Of a DNA stretch of 64,000 bases, positions 46,675 through 57,906 are shown piece after piece. The notes under the pieces were generated by a model. That model was not told the origin of the DNA and made no database searches. It worked only from the letters and a program-made list of their open reading frames with translations. Origin of the DNA: Histomonas meleagridis 2922-C6/04-290x (Eukaryota; Protista; Parabasalia); the NCBI GenBank assembly GCA_020184695.1, contig JAANOX010000243.1:620001-684000 (forward strand). The letters run 5' to 3'. The position numbers were made by a program, and so were the translations under genes. Within the stretch, counting starts at the first letter, position 1. Each line of letters opens with the position of its first letter.

Positions 46675-49167
46675 TCACTTTTTCTCATTTCTTTGCGCTT
46701 GCGCTTTTTCACTATATTCTCTAAGCTTCTTGCATACTTGCTCGAAGTTTTGTGGTGCATTACAGCTTACATAATGTCCAAAACCATAAGCAAACATAAG
46801 ACAATTCAAAGAAGTAGAATCTATACTTTCATGATCAGTGATCAAAACCAATGGTTCACTGTCGTCGTTCATTAGGTGTACGTACAGCTTGGCGTCTTCA
46901 CAGAGCTCGTAAACTTTTTCGATTGCTTTCTGAACATTAGTATTATTATTAAATAGTTTAACACAACCCAATCTGACTGAGATAGCCTGTGGAACAATTT
47001 TAGTCAATGGCTCTGGTAATGCATAAACAGTTGTAAAAGTATTTGTAATTTCATTTGTATCAATAAGTTTCACGCTTGTAACTTTGGAATTATTCTCTCC
47101 AAGTGCTTGAATACGAGCGCGCATTACTCCTTTTGGTGTTTGAACAGCTACACATTCAGAACGTCGAAGGTTGGCGATGTCATCAGCGGTTAACTCCGTT
47201 AACGGTCGACTGAGAACTTTTTCAATGGTTTCCATGTCTTTTGAAAGAAGCTGAACATCGAGATGAAGGCTTGACTCGCTGTAAACGCTGACTAATTTGA
47301 CAGGCTCTGGCTTGTTGTACTTAAGAGAATATGTATGTCGAGTCATGTCTGCCCAAATTCCAGTTCTTGATTCGATGGCAGAAATACGAGCAGAAGCATG
47401 CTCGTTTTGTGTCTTAATGGTCCTATAGAGTGGATGAAGATCTGCAAGACCGTTTTTAAGTAATTCAGTTGATATATCAACTTTTGTATCTTTAAGAACA
47501 ATATCAGAAAAGAAACAATCATACTTGTCAACACTACACACAGTGATTAGAATAGATTGTTGTAAAAACTTTTGGCAAAATTGTCTAGATTCAGATCCAC
47601 ATACTTCATTATTTCCAAATGAAAGAAGACCTTCAAGGCCTGTGCGGATTATCAAATGCATCTTTGGAATAAGAACGCAAAATTTGTTCGTTGAGAAAAT
47701 TTGTTCAATTATTGCATCAAATGTTTGACCTTTGAGTTGACCAAGATATTCTTCGTTACCACCATGTTCAATCAAAGTAGTGTCCTTAACTGTAAAGCAT
47801 TTATGTTTTTCTGTTGAAAAGATTCCTATCTTTTTTTGCTCTGCTTCTTTTTGTGCTTTTTCAAAGTTTTGGTATTGGTCTGACTTCTTTCCAACAGTAT
47901 CATCTACTCGGGCAAGGCCAACTTTGCACAGCTCTTCATTAATGCACTTGCCATCGCAATAAACGGTCGCATATTCACGGTTCCCTTCACAACCGTCGCT
48001 GATTACCTTAACGTCCTTCCCGAGGAAGTTGGTCCTGAGGAACTCCCTTGCCTCGAAGCCGTATTTCTCAGCCGAGCCTCCGAACTTGTAGAAGAAATAA
48101 GGGACTCTAATGCTGCTAAAATAGAAAAGCTTCTTTTCTGTTCCATTTACCACAATTGAAGATGAGCTTCGAATCAGTTCAATTTTGCCTTGAAAATCTT
48201 GGCCTTTTTTCTCTTCAAGCTGATAATCACTCCAAATTTTGAGCTTCTCGAGCTTGGCTTGGTGTTCAGCTAAAATATATCGATCAGCATTTGGTGCAAA
48301 ATCTGCTGTTTGAGGATTGAAAGCAATAAGCCCTTCTTTGATCATACTTACAATTTCATTATCTGGTCCTTTTAAAGGATTTTTGTTGACAAAATGTCCA
48401 ATGAATGGGCCATTTTCGGATTTTGAGCAAATTCTTATTTGCAAATGCTTTTGGAAGAATTTAATAATTGACCTTTCTCTGGCTTCGGTTCCGTAAATAG
48501 ATTTTTTCTCATCATTTTTCTTTACAGATTTCGCTCGGCAACCTGCTAATTGAAATTGAATTAATATGTGTGATGGCATTAAAAACAAGGAAAACGTGGT
48601 TCCGTTCACAACGCCCTCAACAATCGCACGGTATTTTTGTTGCATTAGAATTTCTGATACACTATATGATACTGGAAGTGGTCTTATAAAACCGCTTTGT
48701 TCAGCCCAAATTCCAATCTTTTTTTTCTTTGCTTCTTCTTGTGCCTTCTGAAGTTGCTGTAAATAATAACTATTTTCAGATTTAATATCATCTCTGAGCT
48801 TGACCATTCCTTCTTCAACAACAAGCAAGCCTAAATCTTTTTGTTTTGTATTATCCATGAATAATGAAACCCTTGTGAATGTAACTGGAAGTTCTCCAAA
48901 AATTGTATGTGTTGTATTATTTCTTGGACGAGAGGTTGAAAAAATTTGAACATGACACCCGAGACACTTTTTGCGGAGGAAATCCCATGATTCAAATCCA
49001 TGAGGTTCGTCTTTGATTTTACCATTTGAAGAACCAAACTTTGGCGCAATAAGATAATTAAGATGAATAACTTGATATTGTTTTGGACATGGCGGACGAA
49101 AATCAACTATTATTGAGTCACCTGAAAGGATTCCACGAACAGTTCCATCGAAGTACTTTTGATTCAT
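46675..49167 (-). CDS. SND1: Tudor staphylococcal nuclease (Tudor-SN/SND1)
   Basis: GTVRGILSGDSI, HGFESWDFLRKK, YGFEAREFLR, INEELCKVGLA: four SNase-like repeats then a Tudor-like region. Confidence 0.9.
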   Translation of the reverse strand: MNQKYFDGTVRGILSGDSIIVDFRPPCPKQYQVIHLNYLIAPKFGSSNGKIKDEPHGFESWDFLRKKCLGCHVQIFSTSRPRNNTTHTIFGELPVTFTRVSLFMDNTKQKDLGLLVVEEGMVKLRDDIKSENSYYLQQLQKAQEEAKKKKIGIWAEQSGFIRPLPVSYSVSEILMQQKYRAIVEGVVNGTTFSLFLMPSHILIQFQLAGCRAKSVKKNDEKKSIYGTEARERSIIKFFQKHLQIRICSKSENGPFIGHFVNKNPLKGPDNEIVSMIKEGLIAFNPQTADFAPNADRYILAEHQAKLEKLKIWSDYQLEEKKGQDFQGKIELIRSSSSIVVNGTEKKLFYFSSIRVPYFFYKFGGSAEKYGFEAREFLRTNFLGKDVKVISDGCEGNREYATVYCDGKCINEELCKVGLARVDDTVGKKSDQYQNFEKAQKEAEQKKIGIFSTEKHKCFTVKDTTLIEHGGNEEYLGQLKGQTFDAIIEQIFSTNKFCVLIPKMHLIIRTGLEGLLSFGNNEVCGSESRQFCQKFLQQSILITVCSVDKYDCFFSDIVLKDTKVDISTELLKNGLADLHPLYRTIKTQNEHASARISAIESRTGIWADMTRHTYSLKYNKPEPVKLVSVYSESSLHLDVQLLSKDMETIEKVLSRPLTELTADDIANLRRSECVAVQTPKGVMRARIQALGENNSKVTSVKLIDTNEITNTFTTVYALPEPLTKIVPQAISVRLGCVKLFNNNTNVQKAIEKVYELCEDAKLYVHLMNDDSEPLVLITDHESIDSTSLNCLMFAYGFGHYVSCNAPQNFEQVCKKLREYSEKAQAQRNEKK

Positions 49168-49630
49168 TTAAGGAGAGAAAGGCCAAAAACCGGATTAAAA
49201 TGAATGGTTTACATGGCATAGGTATGGAAGATTACCATATCAAAAGAAATTAGCTCCCTCTCTTAGATAAGATTTTAAATCATAACTTACATAAAAGAAA
49301 ATATATGTTGATGCATGCTTCGAGAATCTTATATTTATAACTATCTTATACTCATTATAAATAAAATTATTCTTTAAGAGTGGATAAGATTTTGCAAACT
49401 TATATATTTGTGCTGTGATACATTCTTGCTTAATTTTTATCATAATATATACTTTTTTTGTCAAAAAAATTAATATGTTATCAAAGTACATATATCAATA
49501 ATTATACATTTTTAAATATGTTATAAAAAGAGTAATTTTTTTTGTACATCTGTACAAGAGAAGATTAAATGAATTGCTGTCTACTCATTTCATAAGAATT
49601 GGGCTGCCCCATAAATCGACGTTTATAAAT

Positions 49631-51052
49631 ATGAACTGCTGCTACAAAAAAACTCCAAAACCCAAAGTTTGGCACTCATCAAGGGTTTCTCATCTTATGG
49701 GAAGCTTCCGTTATCTAAAGAGTAAAAAGCATAAATATATTGCAACAATCGCCGGGAATGAAGATCTTGAAAAATTTCTTGCAAAAAAACTAGCCATACC
49801 ATTTATTGAAACTCCACTTGAAGATGCAACCATGTTTTTAATTGGTATTTCTAATATTATATATGAAACACAAAATATTGATTATGGTCTTCTTCGTAAC
49901 CCAGCATTTGTTCAATACATTTGTGACTATTTCGAGTACATATTTTGGAATGAAACTATTGGTGATCTTAACAACAAATTTTTAATTGTTTCAAGATTAA
50001 TTTCTTATTTTCTACGTTATCGCATTTTTCAGCCATCAGAAATCCTAACATTTCCAAGTCTTATGCCCAAAATAAAGCAACTCACACGTAGTGCTGACAG
50101 AAAACGTCAAAAAGCAGGATCCTCTGTATATTCATTAATGATTCAAAGCGGTGATGTACCTGAGATAGTTCTCAAACAATTTTATCCATTAGCCATTACG
50201 CTTGACACCTCATTCCATAGTAACAAAGCGCGTATTGCGTGTCTACATTTTTTAGGCCAATTGTTTATGACTTTTCCAGGTTTAGCTCATGAACGAATTG
50301 TAGAAATATTTCAAATCTTTCACACTGTTTTAACTAATAAGAAATTAAATGGCATTTATTGTGATGTCTTAGATGCGATGCGTATGGCCATCACTGCATA
50401 TCCCGAATTATTATTTCTTATGGCTGAAATGAATCTTGTTGACCTTGCAAATCTTTTATTAAAAAGTTCTTCATCAAGAACTAAAGTTGCAGCGTATCGA
50501 TTTTTTTCGACTGTTTTTACCACGCATTCACAAGATGAATTATTACCTTTAACAGATAAGTTATTATCGAATAGTATTCTTCTAAGTATTGATGATATTG
50601 ATGAAAAGATTAGTATGACATCGACACAATTATTAGTTGATATTTTATCTTGTGGACAACTTTTCATCGATATGTTTATGTACGGATGTAATAACTTAAT
50701 ACAATATATATTGGATGATGATAAAAGAGACTTTAAACAGAAGGTTTTGTTGTTTCATGCATCTTATAACATTTTTGTAATAGGAAGCCCTGAGCAATGC
50801 GCAAATTTGTTCTCGTCTGATTTGTTGGGATTACAATGCGAAGAAGCTTGTAACCTCGAAAATGAAATAGCAGGAAATTTCTTGGATGGAATGATAACAG
50901 GAATGTCGAAGATTTGCACATTGGAAAGTTTCGAAGAATTGAAAAATAAAATATTGGAAATGGACGTTTGTGATAGCGTTTCGAATTTGCTTGATTCAGA
51001 AGATGCATCAATAGCTGAAATGGCACAAGTATTCTTAAATTACTTTAAATAA
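49631..51052 (+). CDS. ARM/HEAT-like helical repeat protein, function unknown
   Basis: Long ORF with periodic amphipathic helices. Confidence 0.6.
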   Translation: MNCCYKKTPKPKVWHSSRVSHLMGSFRYLKSKKHKYIATIAGNEDLEKFLAKKLAIPFIETPLEDATMFLIGISNIIYETQNIDYGLLRNPAFVQYICDYFEYIFWNETIGDLNNKFLIVSRLISYFLRYRIFQPSEILTFPSLMPKIKQLTRSADRKRQKAGSSVYSLMIQSGDVPEIVLKQFYPLAITLDTSFHSNKARIACLHFLGQLFMTFPGLAHERIVEIFQIFHTVLTNKKLNGIYCDVLDAMRMAITAYPELLFLMAEMNLVDLANLLLKSSSSRTKVAAYRFFSTVFTTHSQDELLPLTDKLLSNSILLSIDDIDEKISMTSTQLLVDILSCGQLFIDMFMYGCNNLIQYILDDDKRDFKQKVLLFHASYNIFVIGSPEQCANLFSSDLLGLQCEEACNLENEIAGNFLDGMITGMSKICTLESFEELKNKILEMDVCDSVSNLLDSEDASIAEMAQVFLNYFK

Positions 51053-51305
51053 AAATATTATACAAAGCTATTCAAATGTTTCTTTCATTATATTTTTCAT
51101 TGGTAATTCGAATTTTTTATATTGACATTCAAATAAATTGATGTTTAAATAAAATATTTTTGCCTTGTTTCTATTAATTTATGCAAATTATTATTTAATA
51201 TGAAATTAATCATAGCTTCCTTCTTCATGAAAAATTTCATTGTAATAATGAAAAACCGTTTATATATTGCCAAACAAGTTTCATTATATTCCGAATACAA
51301 TAACT

Positions 51306-51629
51306 ATGGACATTGGAAGCTTTATCATGTCAATACTGAGAAACCTGAAGTTGCTTCTTTTTGGGGCTCTTATATTACTGATATCATATGATAATTTAAA
51401 AAATGGTAATATGATTTCCAACCCATTTTCTTTTGTGTTTTCATTTTTCTTTCACTTGAAAGTTAGATCAGTATTGATTTTATCCTGTTTGGCAGGAATT
51501 ATGATTTTTATTACTTTTCACAAATTCATTACCACATTTTGTAAAGGACCTATATTTTCGATTCTCGCCCTAATTAATTTAATAATCCTTTCTTTGCTTC
51601 TTTATCAAAGACATGAACTTGATCCATAA
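51306..51629 (+). CDS. Small multi-pass membrane protein
   Basis: Four hydrophobic stretches; no recognised family. Confidence 0.4.
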   Translation: MDIGSFIMSILRNLKLLLFGALILLISYDNLKNGNMISNPFSFVFSFFFHLKVRSVLILSCLAGIMIFITFHKFITTFCKGPIFSILALINLIILSLLLYQRHELDP

Positions 51630-51893
51630 ATTGCTTGCATTAAATTTATCTAATTACCAAGAAAATAATTTCGAACTTCCAGCTTGAAATTTTCAATATG
51701 TTGCCTCTCTGTTAACCAAATAATTGTTTGTAAATAAAATAATCTTCAACTTTTTTCATCTTTAATTACAAATTTTTGAGTCTTAATAAACATTATTTAT
51801 TTCATTATACATGCTGTTTGTGAGGCTCTTTGTTATTTGCCGATTTCCTCAATTCGCTTTGCAATTGCTTCCAGGCAAAAAAGTGACACAAAT

Positions 51894-52289
51894 ATGGAAC
51901 AAAATGCTTCCAATGAAAAATCAAGCCCAAATACTTATGGAGCAGCAAGCGTCATTCTAAACAGATTTTTCCAGTATTTTGGGAGTGCTGCATCTAATCC
52001 ACAGATTATAACATTTTTTGATGATGGATGTGTTTTTGAATTTGAAGATTGTACCTTAAGCAATAAGGAAGAAATTCAACGCTTTATGAGTGTCCATCCT
52101 CCATTTCAATATTCATTTGGTAGTTTTGATTGTTCTGATATTCCACATACACCGCTATCATTGATCACAATTTCAGGCTATCTTTTATATGAACACCAAA
52201 TCACAAAGAAGTTTCATTTGACAACCTGCATATCAACACAAAATAATCATGTTACCATAAAATCATTTATTTTAAAGTTCTTGAATTAG
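51894..52289 (+). CDS. NTF2-like fold protein
   Basis: FFQYF...FFDDGCVFEFEDCTLSNKEEIQRF...FDCS...LITISG resembles the NTF2/NXT pattern. Confidence 0.55.
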   Translation: MEQNASNEKSSPNTYGAASVILNRFFQYFGSAASNPQIITFFDDGCVFEFEDCTLSNKEEIQRFMSVHPPFQYSFGSFDCSDIPHTPLSLITISGYLLYEHQITKKFHLTTCISTQNNHVTIKSFILKFLN

Positions 52290-52520
52290 AAATACAAAAA
52301 AGCACCAGGTAAAGACTTTTACAGATTCTTTTCCAGCAGCACAAAATATGGTACTTTCTCTTCATTTTTTGATAGTTTTGAAATTAACATATTTGCAAAA
52401 ATTGAGCCCCTAAAAGCCCAAAGAACGAGCTAGTTCGAACAACTTATTATTCCATAAAATTCAGGTAACCATAGGCTAAAGTTTTGAATAAAATGTTAAA
52501 TTGTGATTAAAAGAATATGT

Positions 52521-52865
52521 TTACTTCTTTCCTCCCTTCTTGGTTTGTTGAACACGCCTCTTTACAGCTGTTGTTGCAACCTTTGCGTTTGCATCAACTG
52601 AAACACCAGCATATCCACGAGTAACCTTCTTTGACCTTTGTGCGCGTCCCTTTTTCTGGACTTGGTCAGTGTTGGACTTCTTATGATCGAAACGATAGTG
52701 CTCAGTCCAGCTGATCTTTCTTGGATTTCTTTTACGTTCCCACATGCGGAAAGTCTTACGTGATTCAAAAGACATCATGTGCTTATCCTCACGAATGTAG
52801 ATGATACCATGTCCTGGGTGGAATTGGTGTCCTGAAAATCCATCAATCTCGGTTCTGTGCGACAT
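52521..52865 (-). CDS. RPL24: 60S ribosomal protein L24e
   Basis: FSGHQFHPGHG...KRNPRKISWT..YR..HKK. Confidence 0.93.
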   Translation of the reverse strand: MSHRTEIDGFSGHQFHPGHGIIYIREDKHMMSFESRKTFRMWERKRNPRKISWTEHYRFDHKKSNTDQVQKKGRAQRSKKVTRGYAGVSVDANAKVATTAVKRRVQQTKKGGKK

Positions 52866-52973
52866 CAGATGAAAGGCAAGGCCAAACACACTTTGTCAAT
52901 TTAATTAAAAAGTAATTCCAGCATAACGGTCTCCTTAGAAAACGTTTATTTTCATCTAAAATCTGTGTAACAA

Positions 52974-53948
52974 ATGGATTTTAGGGTTAGCACTATAGGT
53001 GATTCGGTTGCAAACGCGTGCCTTATAAAACCAAAATACCTTGCAACTGTTGGCGCAGTTGTGACATTTGCATTTTCATGGATGCAACAACCAAATGTAA
53101 TTTTTGCTTCATGTTTAATTTTCTTATTTTTATTACCATTTATGTTTCTTATAAATCAAGGCACTTCATATCCCAAAATTACACGTTTATATAATGTTTC
53201 TAGACTTTCAATTCTGACTTTATTTCATAGAATTTGTTATATTTATTTAATTATAGTTCCACTAGGTTTTCTGATGGATCAAGGACCACCGTGTCGAAAA
53301 GTTTCAGAAAGTGATTCAGATGCTATTGGATATAATTTTCCAAATGCTTCATATTCCATGTTTTGCCTAATAGTACTTTACGGAATCAGCCTTTGTCATC
53401 AGCAAAGATATGTAATCAGAAGTATTCTTTATTTAATTCTACTTTTGTCACCAATGCATATGATTTTTTGCGGTTATGATTCAGTTGCTCAAACTATTTT
53501 CACGCTTTGTTTTACTTACGTTCTTCACTATTATGCTCTCCGAGTTCCATTTTGGGTTTTGCATATCGAAAATGTTATTCTTCCAATATTTTCAATTGCA
53601 CTATATTCAATTGAAAGTGACAAATTCATGGACAGTGAAATCATGATTCCAAGAGCAGTTCGTGCTTTGTTTCTTTGGATGATTGATTCATTTATGCTTA
53701 TTCGATATCAATTGACAAGGTATGGTTTTATCAGTATTGGTCGACCAATCGACTTAGCCCTCGAAACTGATACCAAAACAGGTACATATTTTGCGATCAT
53801 ATCATCTGAGTCAGAAGATATATTCATGCGAAATGTAAAAAATGACTTGATGGACTCTATTATATCTATGCTATTTTCTCTCTTTGGACTGTTCTTTATT
53901 CGTTTGTTGTCTAATACCAAGGCAATAGTTGATATCGGTGTTATTTGA
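52974..53948 (+). CDS. Multi-pass membrane protein, unknown function
   Basis: 324 aa with about 7-8 hydrophobic segments. Confidence 0.6.
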   Translation: MDFRVSTIGDSVANACLIKPKYLATVGAVVTFAFSWMQQPNVIFASCLIFLFLLPFMFLINQGTSYPKITRLYNVSRLSILTLFHRICYIYLIIVPLGFLMDQGPPCRKVSESDSDAIGYNFPNASYSMFCLIVLYGISLCHQQRYVIRSILYLILLLSPMHMIFCGYDSVAQTIFTLCFTYVLHYYALRVPFWVLHIENVILPIFSIALYSIESDKFMDSEIMIPRAVRALFLWMIDSFMLIRYQLTRYGFISIGRPIDLALETDTKTGTYFAIISSESEDIFMRNVKNDLMDSIISMLFSLFGLFFIRLLSNTKAIVDIGVI

Positions 53949-54143
53949 TTTTAGTAAAATTTTTATTAAATCAAATTTTATGGCATGACGTTTGTTTGCA
54001 GCCGAAATAATACCCACCCTAGAATTTGTGGTTGCTAGGCATCTATACATATATATATAGTTTATTTAATTCTATAAATAATTGGTTTTAAATATAATAT
54101 TATATAGTTCTTATTTTTTATTATTAAGTTTAATATATAATAT

Positions 54144-54543
54144 ATAAAATTATTAAAACATATTTTAAATTATTAAAATGAATAGTTTTTGCATTAACAT
54201 CAATTCCTTCTTTATCTAAAAGTAATTTTACTATTTCTATATTATTATTTTCAATTGCAATATGAAGTGCTGTTTCAAATTATTAAAACATATTTCAAAT
54301 TATTAAAACATATTCCAAATTATTAAAACATATATAAAATTTTTAAAACATATATAAAATTATAAAAACATATTACAAATTATTAAAACATATTCTAAAT
54401 TATTCAAATGAATATATTTTGCATTAACATCAATTCCTTCTTTATCTAAAAGTAATTTTACTGTTTCTATATTATTATTTCTAACTGCTATATGAAGTGA
54501 TGTTTCAAATTATTAAAACATATATAAAATTATTTTAATCATA
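54144..54543 (-). repeat. Orphan ankyrin cassette: two 90-nt ankyrin exons (54503-54414, 54273-54184) embedded in 20-nt tandem units
   Basis: Exons encode TSLHIAVRNNNIETVKLLLDKEGIDVNAKY and TALHIAIENNNIEIVKLLLDKEGIDVNAKT; they are separated by exactly 7x20 nt, consensus ATATGTTTTAATAATTT+NNN. Confidence 0.9.
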
Positions 54544-54614
54544 AACATTAAATTAATAAAATACAAAAATTCTAATTTGTAAAATATCTATATATAATTA
54601 TTTACAAAATAAAA

Positions 54615-55691
54615 TCAGTTTTCTTTCATTTCTTCTTCTTCTTCTTCTTCATTTTCCAACATTTCCTTATCAATTTCTTTCCCCTTCTTAAACCATTCCG
54701 ACTTCACAATCTCCTCAAACGAAGGCCTTTTGTTCGGGTCTTTTTGAAGAATATTTTTCAACAACGCAATCAAATGAGGCGAAAATCCTTTGTCTTCAGG
54801 AACATCCAATTCCTCAGTACTCAACAAATGCGTCACAGTAAACACAGTACTCACAACGTTTCGACCTTGTCCTAATTCAAGTCTAAAAGGTAAAAAATGA
54901 AAAATACAACTAAATAATGTTATACCATATGCCCAAACGTCGGCGCGTTTTGGGTCAAATGCATCGTCTTCACATTCTTCGGGGGAAAGAAATGCTGGAG
55001 AACCACGAGTGTCAATGAGCTTTTGATCAGGTTCATCAAGTTTAGATGAAACTGAAAAATCGGATAACTTAAATAATGTATCTGTAAATATTAATATGTT
55101 CTCTGGCTTAATGTCGCGATGAACAATGTTATGGGAATGGAGGTATCGAAGGCTTTCGGCAATCTCATAAAAACAGATGGAAAGTGTTTCCTCTGATGGA
55201 TGCTCAGAATCTATGTAAGATTGAAGGGATCCTTTGTTAGCATAAGGGAGAAGCATGATAAGAGAATTGGTATAGTCATCTTCAATGATTTCAATTATGG
55301 GTATAATATAACGATGTGATATTGATGCCATGATATCAAGCTCACGCTGAACTGCAATGTAGGGTGGAGCTTCTCCACCAAGTGTTGGCCGCATAAGGAG
55401 TTCTTTGTCATATACTTTGGCGGCACATTTTATACCAGTTTCGATATTTTTAGAAATAAAAACTCGACTCATTGAGCCTTTTGCTATTTCATTGAGAAAA
55501 GTCCATTCGAATATTGTAGGATTTTCATTTTGTTGTACAAAAGTTGAGAATGAACAAACGTTTTTCTGTATTTGATTATTTTCTTCAATATTCCTTTGAG
55601 TATTAAGGGTTTCTTTTTTAGCGGATGAAGGACCGAATATCATTGGCTCTTGCGTAACTTTTTTGAGTGCTCCTGATTGGAAACACCCCAT
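54615..55691 (-). CDS. CAMKK-like Ser/Thr kinase with N-terminal MGC (likely acylated)
   Basis: HRDIKPEN, DFS, TRGSPAFLSPE, DVWAYG; ATG at MGCFQSG. Confidence 0.9.
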   Translation of the reverse strand: MGCFQSGALKKVTQEPMIFGPSSAKKETLNTQRNIEENNQIQKNVCSFSTFVQQNENPTIFEWTFLNEIAKGSMSRVFISKNIETGIKCAAKVYDKELLMRPTLGGEAPPYIAVQRELDIMASISHRYIIPIIEIIEDDYTNSLIMLLPYANKGSLQSYIDSEHPSEETLSICFYEIAESLRYLHSHNIVHRDIKPENILIFTDTLFKLSDFSVSSKLDEPDQKLIDTRGSPAFLSPEECEDDAFDPKRADVWAYGITLFSCIFHFLPFRLELGQGRNVVSTVFTVTHLLSTEELDVPEDKGFSPHLIALLKNILQKDPNKRPSFEEIVKSEWFKKGKEIDKEMLENEEEEEEEMKEN

Positions 55692-55893
55692 TTTTTTAGC
55701 TGGAGAATTTATTTCGTATGGGCTCGTATCGTTACAACGTATTTTTTTCGAAAAAGTGCATTGAATACGAACAATATTTTGTAAAGTGATCAAAAACTTA
55801 AATTGGAAGACATACGATCAAATTCAGCGGAATTCGAAAATTTCCCAGAATTGATCAACGGCATAAAAACGATGTTTGCTATGATACTTTTTT

Positions 55894-57372
55894 TTACTCA
55901 GCCCAATGCTTAATGATTCCGAGTGTTAATTGCCAGCACTTAGAAGCGGATTCAATTGAAACGTTTTCTTCGATTGTGTGGGCGCCATGGACATCAGGGC
56001 CAAATGAAATAGCCTCTAAGTCTGGATAGCCGCGGTTCTGTATGCAACCACATTCAAGTCCTGCATGGATACCATTAACTTGTGGCTTCTCGCCGAATAA
56101 TTTCTCATAAACTTGAATTGAGAATTCAAGAATCTTTGAGTTGAGGGCAGCTGGCCATGGTCCTTGGATCTCATTTTCGGGGATGTTGACTTCAACGCCA
56201 GCAAGGGCGCCAAGTCCTCTATTGAACTCCTTGAGCCAGTCCATTTGTGTGCTCTCATTTGTACGTGCATAAACTTGAGCTCTCATCTTGTCGCCTTCGA
56301 ACTTAAGGACTGATAATGATTGCGAGGTTTGAACAAGTCCTGCAATCTCTGGGTGCATACGAATGACACCATGGTGGATTGTGGAAATGAGATTGACAAC
56401 TTTTTCGGTGTCGGCCTTGGTGGCTGGGAGTGCTGTTGGTGTGATCTCTGTGATCTCAAGTTTAGGATTCTTAAGCTCAATGGCCTTGTATTCGGCTAAT
56501 AATTCCTTATGAGCAGCTTCAAGAGCTTCGGAAAAGCCTTCCTTAGCAACAACTTCACAAAGGCATTCACCAGGAATGGCATTGTGCTTGTCACCACCGG
56601 AAATTTTGACAAGACGATATTCAACATTCTTACGAGTGGCATATTGGAGAAGACGAACCATCCATTTAAGTGCTGAGGCACGACCTTCTTGGATAACAAG
56701 ACCTGTATGGCCTGACATGAATTGGGAAAGCTTGACAAGAAGTGGTTTTCCATCAAATTTCTCACGCTTGACTTCATATTCATACCAGATTGTAAGGCTA
56801 CCTGCGCAGGAGGTGATGAATGTACCCCAGTCTTCAGAGTCGAGGTTGAGCATTGACCTTGACTTAAGGAATGGTGGACCAGCTAATTTGGATGCACCAA
56901 GAAGACCAACTTCTTCGTTAAGGGTGATGAGGAATTCAAGCGGACCATGTGGGAATGTCTTTTCGAGTTCTAAAACTGCGAAGATTGTAGCAATTGCAAT
57001 TCCATCATCAGCACCAAGAGTACTAACGCCAGATGTAAGCTTGCCATCAACAAGTTTAACTGGTACACGACCGTTATCGAATTCACCGACAGCAACGATA
57101 TCAAGATGTCCTTGAAGAACAAGTGAAGGAACATTTTCTTTACCTGGTGTAGCTGGAATGGAAAGAAGAACATTTCCAGCTTCATCTTGCTTGACATCTG
57201 CGCCAAGTTCCTTACCCCATTTCATAACGGTTTCGATTGCTTTTTCGAGGTGGAATGATGGTCTTTCAACTTCGGTGATGGCTAAGAACCACTTGTAGAA
57301 AACTTCGTCTGCCTTTGGGAGTTGCTTAAGTAATTCAACTTTGCTTTGGCTGAGAAGAGCTGATGCTTCCAT
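55894..57372 (-). CDS. pepD: Aminoacyl-histidine dipeptidase PepD (M20C metallopeptidase)
   Basis: LQGHLDIV, TLGADDGIA, EEVGLLGA, NLDSED, IHAGLECG, HGAHTIEE. Confidence 0.92.
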   Translation of the reverse strand: MEASALLSQSKVELLKQLPKADEVFYKWFLAITEVERPSFHLEKAIETVMKWGKELGADVKQDEAGNVLLSIPATPGKENVPSLVLQGHLDIVAVGEFDNGRVPVKLVDGKLTSGVSTLGADDGIAIATIFAVLELEKTFPHGPLEFLITLNEEVGLLGASKLAGPPFLKSRSMLNLDSEDWGTFITSCAGSLTIWYEYEVKREKFDGKPLLVKLSQFMSGHTGLVIQEGRASALKWMVRLLQYATRKNVEYRLVKISGGDKHNAIPGECLCEVVAKEGFSEALEAAHKELLAEYKAIELKNPKLEITEITPTALPATKADTEKVVNLISTIHHGVIRMHPEIAGLVQTSQSLSVLKFEGDKMRAQVYARTNESTQMDWLKEFNRGLGALAGVEVNIPENEIQGPWPAALNSKILEFSIQVYEKLFGEKPQVNGIHAGLECGCIQNRGYPDLEAISFGPDVHGAHTIEENVSIESASKCWQLTLGIIKHWAE

Positions 57373-57375
57373 TAA

Positions 57376-57385
57376 AGTGAAGTGA
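57376..57385 (-). promoter_or_regulatory. Tandem Inr-like elements TCACTTCACT
   Basis: 3 nt upstream of the pepD ATG. Confidence 0.5.
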
Positions 57386-57906
57386 GTAACCGCATTTTTT
57401 GCATTGTTTTTTGAAATGTGTCAAATATTCAAGCCGCAAAATGGAGCGATAGGCATTCAATCATCTCACAAACCTAAAAAACAATAACTTTACAACGTTG
57501 CATCACTTTTGATCGTTTCGTTGGAGGGTGACTCCTTCATAAATTTTCATTATTTTTCAATTTTTGACCAAAAATGTCTAGCCTTATTATATAAATTAGT
57601 GAAATACAAAACATTAAAGAAAAAAAAAATTACTTGTATGTATACATAGAAACATTTAGATAACAAAAGCGTCTAAGTATGAACTTCACTGCATCAAAGT
57701 TCTGAATGTAGATCATTCCCATAAAGCACCATTAAAGCTAATTCTATCCGGCTAAAATTTCTTTAAATTTAAAATTTGTGTCCAAAAAAATTGAGAGCGA
57801 TGTGCTTGATTTCTTCTTTCTTAGCAACCCCAAGATCTTCAATCAGTTTTGTTTCCGATTATAAATAAAGGATTACCATAGGGAATTTGAATTTTGTATT
57901 TGTTTA

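Noticed and set aside
54274-54413. CRISPR-like array
   Set aside because: Eukaryotic context; the variable part is only 3 nt, there are no cas genes, and the array sits between ankyrin exons.
57630-57700. GTATGT canonical donor motif
   Set aside because: Intergenic, with no matching branch/acceptor and no flanking exons.
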